In this document: positions 11,204 through 19,506 of the stretch, piece after piece | Layout: each line of letters opens with the position of its first letter | Numbering within the stretch: the stretch's first letter is position 1 | Source: Nitrosopumilaceae archaeon | GTDB taxonomy: Archaea > Thermoproteota > Nitrososphaeria > Nitrososphaerales > Nitrosopumilaceae | Length of the DNA stretch: 64,000 bases | NCBI GenBank assembly: GCA_052389415.1 | Contig: JBQTHX010000014.1 | Coordinates: forward strand, 1 to 64,000 | Reading direction: 5' to 3' | The notes under the pieces: generated by a model | Seen by the model: the letters and a program-made list of their open reading frames with translations, nothing else | Database searches by the model: none | What the model was told of the DNA's origin: nothing | Made by a program: the position numbers and the translations under genes

Positions 11204-13042
11204 TTAAGCGGGATTATTTTGATTACTACTTTGTTCATTAGATCCTGATTGCTCCGCACTAGTCTGTTGACCATCTCCTTGTGGTGAGGCAACATTTTTG
11301 TAAAGTTCGGTGCTGATTTCATTTACTATAGATTTTAATGCATCAAGCTTTGGTTTTATTTCTATAGAACCTTTTTCAAGAACGTCTTTGAGGTCTTTTA
11401 CGGCATCATTTACCTTTGTGACTTGTTCTGGCTTGATCTTGTCCTTTAGATCTTGATTAACTAATTTCTCAGTTGTATAGATATAACCTTCTGCCTCATT
11501 TTTTATGTCAATTTCTTCTTTTTTCTTTTTGTCCTGGTCAGAATAAAGTTCAGCATCTTTTTTGAGTTTTTCTATTTCTTCTTTTGAAAGTTTTGTACTT
11601 GCAGTTATTGTAATTTTTGCTTCTTTTTGGGTACCAAGATCTTTTGCTGTAACATTAAGTATTCCGTTTGCATCAATATCAAACTTTACTTCAATTTGTG
11701 GAATTCCTCTTGGTGCAGGCGGAATACCTGAAAGATTAAAACTTCCAAGAGAAACATTGTCTGCAGCCATCGGTCTTTCACCTTGTACTATGTGAATCGT
11801 AACAGCAGTTTGATTGTCTGCGGCGGTAGTGAATACCTTACTTTTTGAAGTAGGAATCGTAGTGTTTCTTTCGATTAATGGTTCACGTAATCCACCAAGT
11901 ACTTCTACACCAAGCGTGAGTGGAGTAACATCAAGTAGCACAATATCACTTGTCACCTCACCGGCTATGATTCCAGCCTGAATTCCAGCTCCAAGAGCAA
12001 CTGCTTCCATCGGATCAACACCAGACTCTGGTTCTTTACCTGTTACAGTAGCAACAAATTTTCTAACTAAAGGAATTCTTGTAGGTCCACCCACAAGTAC
12101 GATTTTTGATATATCTGCAGAAGAAAGTTTTGCATCTTCCAAAGCTTTTGTAATTGATGGTCTACATCTTTCCACTATGGGATTAATGAGCTCTTCAAGT
12201 TTGGCTCTTGTTAATTTTAACTCTAGATTTTTTGGACCAGCTGCTTGATCATATGAAATGAAAGGAAGATTTATCTCAGTTTCAGCTACTGATGATAGTT
12301 CTATCTTTGCTCTTTCAGCAGCCTCCCTTACTCTAACCATTGCAGTATTATCTTTGGAAAGATCAATGCCAGTATTTTTTCTAAATGTATCAACAATATA
12401 ATCAATTACCACCTTATCCATGTCAGTACCCCCAAGTTGTGTATCACCTGATGTACTCATGACTTCAAAAACTCCACCTCCCATTTCCATTATGGTAACA
12501 TCAAGGGTTCCACCACCAAAATCAAATACCATTATTTTCATATCTTGTTTTGCTTTATCTAAGCCAAATGCAAGCGATGCAGCAGTTGGTTCATTGATTA
12601 TCCTTACAACTTCCAGGCCTGCAATCTGGCCAGCATCTTTTGTTGCTTGTCTTTGATTATCGTTAAAATATGCAGGTACAGTGATTACTGCTTTTTCGAT
12701 TTTTTCTCCAACAAATGCTTCAGCATCTCTCTTAATTTTCTGTAAGATATATGCAGAAATTTGTTGAGGTTTGTATTCCCTGCCGTTTACTTTGAAGATG
12801 AAATCAGAACCCATTTTGCGCTTTGCAGCTATAATAGTCCCTGTAGGATTGGTTACAGCTTGTCTTCTAGCTGGTTCCCCTATGAGAATCTCATTGTCCT
12901 TTGTGAATGCTACAACGGAAGGAAATGCTTTTCCTCCGACTGTAGTGCCTTCCGCAGCAGGAATGATTGTGGGTTTACCACCCATCATTACCGCAGCAGC
13001 CGAATTGCTTGTTCCTAAATCTATTCCTATAATTTTAGCCAT
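11204..13042 (-). CDS. dnaK: Chaperone DnaK (Hsp70)
   Basis: [35 protein letters not shown]; start MAKIIG at 13042. Confidence 0.98.
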   Translation of the reverse strand: MAKIIGIDLGTSNSAAAVMMGGKPTIIPAAEGTTVGGKAFPSVVAFTKDNEILIGEPARRQAVTNPTGTIIAAKRKMGSDFIFKVNGREYKPQQISAYILQKIKRDAEAFVGEKIEKAVITVPAYFNDNQRQATKDAGQIAGLEVVRIINEPTAASLAFGLDKAKQDMKIMVFDFGGGTLDVTIMEMGGGVFEVMSTSGDTQLGGTDMDKVVIDYIVDTFRKNTGIDLSKDNTAMVRVREAAERAKIELSSVAETEINLPFISYDQAAGPKNLELKLTRAKLEELINPIVERCRPSITKALEDAKLSSADISKIVLVGGPTRIPLVRKFVATVTGKEPESGVDPMEAVALGAGIQAGIIAGEVTSDIVLLDVTPLTLGVEVLGGLREPLIERNTTIPTSKSKVFTTAADNQTAVTIHIVQGERPMAADNVSLGSFNLSGIPPAPRGIPQIEVKFDIDANGILNVTAKDLGTQKEAKITITASTKLSKEEIEKLKKDAELYSDQDKKKKEEIDIKNEAEGYIYTTEKLVNQDLKDKIKPEQVTKVNDAVKDLKDVLEKGSIEIKPKLDALKSIVNEISTELYKNVASPQGDGQQTSAEQSGSNEQSSNQNNPA

Positions 13043-13598
13043 TATTTTCACCTTCTAATTTATCAATTGAAGTTTTTGATATTTCTACTAGACTTGGTCT
13101 AATTACTTTGTTTTGCAAAATATATCCTTTACGAATCTCTTTGATAATTGTATCGTTATCTACAGATGAATCTTTCTTTATAGATATAGCTTCATGAAAT
13201 TTTGGATCAAAAATTTCGCCTATGGCTTCAATTGGAATAACTCCATATTCTGATAGAAAAGAATTCATATTTTTTAAAATTCCATCAAGTCCTTCAGTAT
13301 TGACATGTTGTTTTCCAAGAGCATCTTTTGCACGCACAAAATCATCGTAAATTGACAAAAACTTGAGAATTAATTCTATCAACATAGAATTTACACGAGT
13401 TTGAACATCAGATTCCGTTCTTTTCTTTAGATTCTCAAAATCCGCAAGTAGATATTGTAGTTTTTTTTCATAGGAACTAGCTGCCTCCCTTTCTTTTTCA
13501 AGCATTGATTTTAATTCATCAATACTTAGTTCTTTCACATCCTCATTTGTACCAGTTTCCACTTGTATTGTTGTTTCAGTATTTTGTTCTTCAGACAA
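13035..13598 (-). CDS. grpE: Nucleotide exchange factor GrpE
   Basis: [22 protein letters not shown]...VIRPSLV; directly upstream of dnaK. Confidence 0.95.
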   Translation of the reverse strand: MSEEQNTETTIQVETGTNEDVKELSIDELKSMLEKEREAASSYEKKLQYLLADFENLKKRTESDVQTRVNSMLIELILKFLSIYDDFVRAKDALGKQHVNTEGLDGILKNMNSFLSEYGVIPIEAIGEIFDPKFHEAISIKKDSSVDNDTIIKEIRKGYILQNKVIRPSLVEISKTSIDKLEGENNG

Positions 13599-13631
13599 GC
13601 ACAATGTATAGAAAATTGTCTAATTTTATTC

Positions 13632-14771
13632 TTATTGTAGGATTTCACAAAGAGGATTTGTTTTTATGGTTATCAAATCAGTTCCTTTACTACTCTTATT
13701 AATTTTTTCATAGTCAGGTTTTGAACATGCTACAACAATGGTAGTTTTATCACTATGGAAGAGATCAAAGTCAGGAGTTTGATGTATTTCAACATCTCCA
13801 ATGTAATCTCGTAATTTTACTACAAGAGAATTTAGCATTTCAACTTTATCACCACGCATTTCATAAGCATCAAGTGTCCAGACAAGTGCAACTCTAATTC
13901 TGCTTGCTTTAAGTTCATTTTTTTTCAGAGTAGAACGAATTTCATCTATTAATCGTTTTACGTATCCTTCAATTCCCTTAATGCTTCCATTAACAAGATA
14001 CATCATGGCACCTCCTCCCTCTAGTGACGTTCCAAGTGATCGCAAATCATACAAACCATTCGTCATATCATCTAAGAAGAAGTTTTTGAACTCAGCTAAC
14101 ATGAGATCATTTCTTGTGTTATCATCTTGTGCAAATTTACACACCTCAAGTATACTAGAAAAACCAGAAAATTGTGACAGTATTTTTATTGCATGAAAAA
14201 GCTCAGCTGAAGATATAGTTACAAATTTTTTTTCTTTTTTATCAATTTCAAGGAGTTTAGCAAGTTTATCATCGGCTTTGCCATTAAAAGATCCTATAAT
14301 TTCTGGGGTCTGATTTTTTGTTCCAAGCGGGAAATAGAAATAAGAAATACCCTTTCCTACTTCAAGGCCGGTTACATGCTCTAATAAAGAGATGGACTCG
14401 TTGTTACCACCAATTCCAGTTGGAAGATTGAAAATAACTGATCCCCCTTTCTTTAAAGCACTAGTAGCATCCTTAAATTTTGAATGAATTTCCATTTTTG
14501 TTTCCTGTCCTGTTTTTCGTATCCTTGGAGCAAAAAAGAGATATTCTGAATGTGAAATTGCTATGTCTATCGGTTCTACGGCAAGCAATGGTTCGTCTTC
14601 TTTTAGGGAAGCAACGTTTGGATAAGTTTTGGCAATTTCGGATTTAAGCGATATTGCCATATGAGCCGATTCGTCTATAATAAAGACATCTGCACCTTTA
14701 ATTGCCATTTGACAGGCAATTGAGTAACCTTCAGTGCTAAGGCCATATACAACAACTTTTGTTCCTCCCAA
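13632..14771 (-). CDS. Divergent UDP-glucose/GDP-mannose dehydrogenase-like protein
   Basis: Rossmann-like start KVVVYGLSTEGYSIA, SAELFH helix like the SAE(L/M)xK of the family, similar overall length; likely TTG start at 14771. Confidence 0.6.
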   Translation of the reverse strand: MGGTKVVVYGLSTEGYSIACQMAIKGADVFIIDESAHMAISLKSEIAKTYPNVASLKEDEPLLAVEPIDIAISHSEYLFFAPRIRKTGQETKMEIHSKFKDATSALKKGGSVIFNLPTGIGGNNESISLLEHVTGLEVGKGISYFYFPLGTKNQTPEIIGSFNGKADDKLAKLLEIDKKEKKFVTISSAELFHAIKILSQFSGFSSILEVCKFAQDDNTRNDLMLAEFKNFFLDDMTNGLYDLRSLGTSLEGGGAMMYLVNGSIKGIEGYVKRLIDEIRSTLKKNELKASRIRVALVWTLDAYEMRGDKVEMLNSLVVKLRDYIGDVEIHQTPDFDLFHSDKTTIVVACSKPDYEKINKSSKGTDLITIKTNPLCEILQ

Positions 14772-14836
14772 TTCAAAGCAGCTAGGCAGAAAGGCTAAGA
14801 AAAACTTTTTCCACCTAAGAATTATATCGAAAATGT

Positions 14837-15865
14837 TTGAAAATTTGGTTTGATTTACTGACTCCAAAACAACTTTTGTTTTTTGAACCTATGATCAAAA
14901 GATTACAAAAGAACAACAAATTACTCTGTACTTCAAGAAATTATCGAGAGGTTGTAGAACTTGCAAAAATCAGAGGTATGAATCTCGTCTTCGTGGGAAA
15001 ACATGGAGGATCTGATAAAATCGGTAAATTAAATGCAAGCCTCCAACGAATGAATTCCTTATTAGCAATTGTAAAGAAATTCTGGCCTGACTTAACAATT
15101 AGTTTTTGTTCTCCAGAAGCATCTAGAATTTCCTTTGGTCTTGGAGTGAAACACATCTCTTTCTGTGATTCCCCTCATGCAGAAGCCGTAATGAGATTGA
15201 CTATACCATTATTGGAAAGACTCCTAATACCATGGATCATACCAAAAAAGGAATTTACTAAATATGGAATTGCCAAAGAAAAAATAACTCAGTATAGAGC
15301 AATCGATGCATCTTTAATTGTAAAACAGAGATCAAAAGATAATTCAAAATATAATTTCGTGTTTAAGAAAAAGACTATTTTAATACGACCTGAAGAGTCG
15401 GAGGCTGCTTATCTATCCAAAAATGAAAATAGAATTATCGAAATAATACATGGAATCAGCAACGAATTTCAATATCATAATATTATTATTTTAGGAAGAT
15501 ACCTTCCTCAGATAAGTAAACTAAAACGGAAGTTTGGAAGAAATGTAATAGTGTTGAGCAGGGTTGTGGAAGGTAAGAGTCTACTTAGATTCGTGGATTT
15601 GTTTATTGGTTCTGGGGGTACCATGACTGCAGAAGCTGCCTTGATGGGAATTCCAACTATATCATATAATGCGGTTCCAAATTATATAGAGGAATATCTA
15701 GTAAAAAATGACTTGGTAAAAAGGGAGACAGATCCACAAAGGATAGTTTTTCTTGCCAAGATGATTTTAAAATCAGATAAGAAAAAACACAGAGAAAAGG
15801 CCAGAAGAATATTAAATTCAATGGAAGATCCTTTTTTAAAGCTAATTTCACTTATCAAACCATAA
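14837..15865 (+). CDS. DUF354 family protein (GT-B glycosyltransferase-like)
   Basis: KIWFDLLTPKQ, GKHGG, IRPEESEAAY, GSGGTMTAEAALMG.PTIS motifs. Confidence 0.85.
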   Translation: MKIWFDLLTPKQLLFFEPMIKRLQKNNKLLCTSRNYREVVELAKIRGMNLVFVGKHGGSDKIGKLNASLQRMNSLLAIVKKFWPDLTISFCSPEASRISFGLGVKHISFCDSPHAEAVMRLTIPLLERLLIPWIIPKKEFTKYGIAKEKITQYRAIDASLIVKQRSKDNSKYNFVFKKKTILIRPEESEAAYLSKNENRIIEIIHGISNEFQYHNIIILGRYLPQISKLKRKFGRNVIVLSRVVEGKSLLRFVDLFIGSGGTMTAEAALMGIPTISYNAVPNYIEEYLVKNDLVKRETDPQRIVFLAKMILKSDKKKHREKARRILNSMEDPFLKLISLIKP

Positions 15866-15923
15866 TCTGCTATTTAGCGATTTCAAAAATTACTTACTGG
15901 AATCTAAGTATTTACTGAATAAC

Positions 15924-15931
15924 ATTATAAG
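15924..15931 (+). promoter_or_regulatory. TATA box of tRNA-Gln gene
   Basis: attataag; typical archaeal spacing puts the start site near 15952-15954. Confidence 0.6.
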
Positions 15932-15961
15932 GGAACTAAATTCAACATTCAACGCCCGGAA

Positions 15962-16051
15962 AGCCCGGTAGAGAAAAAATTCACCGAGTGTAGCGGTCAA
16001 GCATAGGGGCCTTTGGAGCCCTTGACCCCAGTTCGAATCTGGGCCGGGCTA
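15962..16051 (+). tRNA. tRNA-Gln (anticodon TTG) with 17-nt intron (15972-15988) at position 10/11
   Basis: Removing agaaaaaattcaccgag gives a standard tRNA-Gln: AGCCCGG/CCGGGCT acceptor with A1-U72, TTG anticodon loop, CCCAG-TTCGAAT-CTGGG T arm; BHB geometry at both junctions; T-tract downstream. Confidence 0.93.
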
Positions 16052-16066
16052 CTTTTTTTGTTAATA

Positions 16067-16303
16067 CTAGAATCGGGGAGTATCTTGCATTACCTCAAAT
16101 CGTGGCAAAAGCGATATTCCAACCAAGATAGGAATTGCAATTATTGCAATCGATATTGCCGTGAGTATAATTCCAAGTAATAAACAGCTTTTTGCTTTAT
16201 GTGGATCATCATCTTTTATTATAAAATATGCGATTACTCCTCCTACAATATTAAAAAAAATAGGTAGAAGAAACCACAAGCTACTCCGCTTTCTTGGTTC
16301 CAT
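16067..16303 (-). CDS. Small two-TM membrane protein
   Basis: WFLLPIFFNIVGGVIAYF and a second hydrophobic helix; ATG start. Confidence 0.7.
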   Translation of the reverse strand: MEPRKRSSLWFLLPIFFNIVGGVIAYFIIKDDDPHKAKSCLLLGIILTAISIAIIAIPILVGISLLPRFEVMQDTPRF

Positions 16304-16346
16304 GATTGGTTCACATAATTATAGGATTTAAACCAAGATGGCTTTT

Positions 16347-17108
16347 CTATAACTGAAGTTTTGCTAAAAGTTTTGTAGCTATTAAAAACAAGGTTACCGA
16401 TAAAGTAGCTAAAACTAGGATTTCTATAGCCAAAAATGTGTCGAAATTTCCAAATATTCCTGCGCGCACAACGTCTACAAGGTATGTAAGCGGATTAAGA
16501 TAAAATCCAATTGAAAGTGGTAAAGGAGAACCAGATGCCGGATAAAAAGCAGTGCTTACGAATGCAAAAAACAAAAATACCGTATTAATCACTACATTGA
16601 ATCCTTCACTCGACTTCAGCCTAGTTGATATGATTGATGCAATGGAACCAAATAGAATTGAACCAGCAACGGAGGCAAAGATCAAGAGCGGGATAGTAAG
16701 TAAATTAATTTCTAATGATTCGAAGAATAGCGGATATCCGACGGCTGTAATTAGGCTGGCACTAATTAATCCAATTATTCCAATAGTATAGACATTACTT
16801 AGAATGTAATGCGTCCTGGTGAATGGTCCTACTAGGATCTGCTCAAACATACCATGTCTTCGATCATTCCAAATTATTATACCAGAAACAAGAGCACTAT
16901 TCATAATATTGAATCCAATCATTCCTGACGCAATGAATGCAGGATAGTCAAGATTTTTGTCACCATACGAAACAGAATCAATAAGTGCAGTGTATGCAAA
17001 TCCACCTACAAAAATGTAGATTAAAGGAAAAATTACTTGCCATATCAAAAATCCTTTGTTAAGGGATATGGTTAGATTTCTATTTACTAGTCGAATCACT
17101 GGATGCAT
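16347..17108 (-). CDS. ABC-2 type transporter permease
   Basis: Six hydrophobic helices, DRRHGMFEQILVGP, STAFYP, NPLTYLVD. Confidence 0.92.
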   Translation of the reverse strand: MHPVIRLVNRNLTISLNKGFLIWQVIFPLIYIFVGGFAYTALIDSVSYGDKNLDYPAFIASGMIGFNIMNSALVSGIIIWNDRRHGMFEQILVGPFTRTHYILSNVYTIGIIGLISASLITAVGYPLFFESLEINLLTIPLLIFASVAGSILFGSIASIISTRLKSSEGFNVVINTVFLFFAFVSTAFYPASGSPLPLSIGFYLNPLTYLVDVVRAGIFGNFDTFLAIEILVLATLSVTLFLIATKLLAKLQL

Positions 17109-18036
17109 TTGAATTATTCACCACTGAAAGAAAGATCTCTTCAAGAGTTGTAGGTACAGCAGATAAATCCTCAATCGTTATATTATTTGCAGTCAAAATT
17201 TGAAGAATTTTTAGCAGTACATCTTCAGAATCATTAGACCTTATAGTTATGTTTGTTCCAGAATTAAAATCAATTTCATAATCCTTAATTCCTACCAAGA
17301 GATCGGAAAGATCTTTTCTAAAAGTATCTAAGTGAATCTTGATTGTTTTTTCTCTTCCAAATTTATTTTTTAATTCCTCTGGTGTATCAACCGCAATTAT
17401 CTTTCCTTTGTTTATGATAGCAACTTGGTCACAGATGTATTCAGCCTCATTTAGTAGATGTGTTGTGAAAAAAACAGTTAAACCATATTCTACTTTCTCT
17501 TTGATAAAATCAAGTAACTTCCTACGTGCTGAAGGATCTAGACCCACAGTGGGTTCATCCAAGAACAAGAGCTTCATTTCATGCATAAATTCACGTGCAA
17601 CTTGTACTCTTCTTCTAAGTCCTATTGAAAGTTCATCATTTGTTATATTTCGTATTTCTTTAAGGTCAAAGGCGGAGAGGAGCTCTTCAACTCTATCTTT
17701 TCTTGTTTTTTTATCAACATTCCACATCATTCCATATTTTTCGAGAGACTTTTCTACAGTCAGAGTTGGTTCATAACTTGGTTGCTGTAAAACCACTCCA
17801 ATCTCCTTTCGTACTTCTAATGGAGAAGTTATAGCATCTAATCCAAAAATTTTCATGGAACCTCCTGTTGGCGGTATGAGAGTAGTCAAGAGTTTTATAG
17901 TGGTAGTTTTTCCTGCTCCATTTGGTCCTAAAAACCCAAAAATTTTGCCATAATCAACTGAAATATCAATACCATCAACCGCCTTTATGTTTCCATATAA
18001 TTTTGAAAGTGATTTTGTCTCTATGCATGACATCAA
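17080..18036 (-). CDS. ABC exporter ATP-binding subunit (DrrA-like)
   Basis: GPNGAGKTT, LSIGLRRR signature variant, LFLDEPTVGLD, C-terminal TLEEIF. Confidence 0.94.
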   Translation of the reverse strand: MMSCIETKSLSKLYGNIKAVDGIDISVDYGKIFGFLGPNGAGKTTTIKLLTTLIPPTGGSMKIFGLDAITSPLEVRKEIGVVLQQPSYEPTLTVEKSLEKYGMMWNVDKKTRKDRVEELLSAFDLKEIRNITNDELSIGLRRRVQVAREFMHEMKLLFLDEPTVGLDPSARRKLLDFIKEKVEYGLTVFFTTHLLNEAEYICDQVAIINKGKIIAVDTPEELKNKFGREKTIKIHLDTFRKDLSDLLVGIKDYEIDFNSGTNITIRSNDSEDVLLKILQILTANNITIEDLSAVPTTLEEIFLSVVNNSNASSDSTSK

Positions 18037-18108
18037 AACTTGTTTTAATAACCCTCCTAATTTATCTAATGAAATTTTTATTAATGCACAATTCTATTCT
18101 AGAGTGAC

Positions 18109-19506
18109 TTGTCAGAGTTTGAAACATTATTGAACAAGCTTTTGGAGCAAAAACCAGAGCTTTCGCGATCAGATTTACAACAAATGATTAACAAGAAAAA
18201 AGAGAAAATCGGTGCAGGTTATCTGACAGATCAGGGAGCGTTATTTCTCATAGCAGCTGATTTAGGAGTATCATTAAATGTACAACAAAAAGTTGAGATT
18301 GGTCTAAAAGATCTCTATGTAGGTGCAAAAGAGATCACATTAGAAACTAGAGTGATGAATATCTATCCAGCAAAACAGTTTTCTCGAAAAGATGGTTCAC
18401 AGTTTTTTCTAAGAAATATGACTGTTTATGATACAGACTCTAGAGCCAAAGTAAAGTTGTGGGATGAAAAAGCAAGCTTGCCCGGAATAGAGAACCTCAA
18501 GCCTGGTGATCTTGTCAAAATTGTCAAGGCGTATGTAAAATCAGATATGACAGGAACACCAATAATTAATGTAGGTTCAGGTTCAATCCTTGAAACAAGT
18601 GAGTTAGAAAGTAGGATTCCCTCTCTTGACTCAATAACAGAAGATGTTAGTGAGATAAAAGAAAATCAGCAGAATCTTGTAGTTTCTGGAATCTTGGATG
18701 GCAATATCAGAATGACAGAATTCACAAATTTCAAAGGACAGCCAGGAAAAGCTCTTCATTTACGCCTTAAAGGAAAAAATGATAGTATTACAAGAGTAGT
18801 CTTGTGGAATGCTGATGAAAAATCAATTCCCAAGATGATCACAAATGGTGCAAAAACACGATTGATTGGTGTGAAAACAAAGAGAGGACAACAAGGATTA
18901 GAGTTACACGGTGATGAAGGTACAGTAATCGAGATCGAAGGCGTAGATGAAGTTCAGCCAATAGCTGTTAGAATTTTATCATCAGTTAAAAATGAGTCAG
19001 GGAATATCTTAATGTTAGTTACTGACAGTAAGAAGAAATTCCTAAATGTTACTGATTTTGTTGGAGCTACAAAAGATCTTAAAACAGGTGACTTAATAGA
19101 AATTATTCCAACAAAAATGCATGGAAGTTCTATAACATTAGAAACCGATTCACTTGTTAGAAAAATTGATGATGAAAAGATTCCAACTATGTTAGACCTT
19201 AGAACAAAGATCCGTGATCTTAGACCAAGTGACAATTTCTATTGTATAGAAGGGATAGTACTAAAAACTCCAGAAAGACGAGAAATACAAACGAAAAGTG
19301 GGGAAACAGTATCTCTATCCGAGATGTTTATTGAAGATGAAACAGGACAGATTTGGCTTAAAGGATGGAGAAACCAAGCAAGGATGTTAGACGCATTTTC
19401 TCAAGGTGAGATTATTTCTGTAATTGGAGTGACAGCAAAAACTGGACTTGAGAACAGATTGGAAATATTTTTGACTCCATTTTCAAATATTTTAAGGAAA
19501 AATTAA
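18109..19506 (+). CDS. rpa: Replication protein A / OB-fold ssDNA-binding protein
   Basis: N-terminal GYLTDQGALFLIA helical region followed by repeated OB folds (D.T..A.V.LW, EDETGQIWLKGW). Confidence 0.8.
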   Translation: MSEFETLLNKLLEQKPELSRSDLQQMINKKKEKIGAGYLTDQGALFLIAADLGVSLNVQQKVEIGLKDLYVGAKEITLETRVMNIYPAKQFSRKDGSQFFLRNMTVYDTDSRAKVKLWDEKASLPGIENLKPGDLVKIVKAYVKSDMTGTPIINVGSGSILETSELESRIPSLDSITEDVSEIKENQQNLVVSGILDGNIRMTEFTNFKGQPGKALHLRLKGKNDSITRVVLWNADEKSIPKMITNGAKTRLIGVKTKRGQQGLELHGDEGTVIEIEGVDEVQPIAVRILSSVKNESGNILMLVTDSKKKFLNVTDFVGATKDLKTGDLIEIIPTKMHGSSITLETDSLVRKIDDEKIPTMLDLRTKIRDLRPSDNFYCIEGIVLKTPERREIQTKSGETVSLSEMFIEDETGQIWLKGWRNQARMLDAFSQGEIISVIGVTAKTGLENRLEIFLTPFSNILRKN

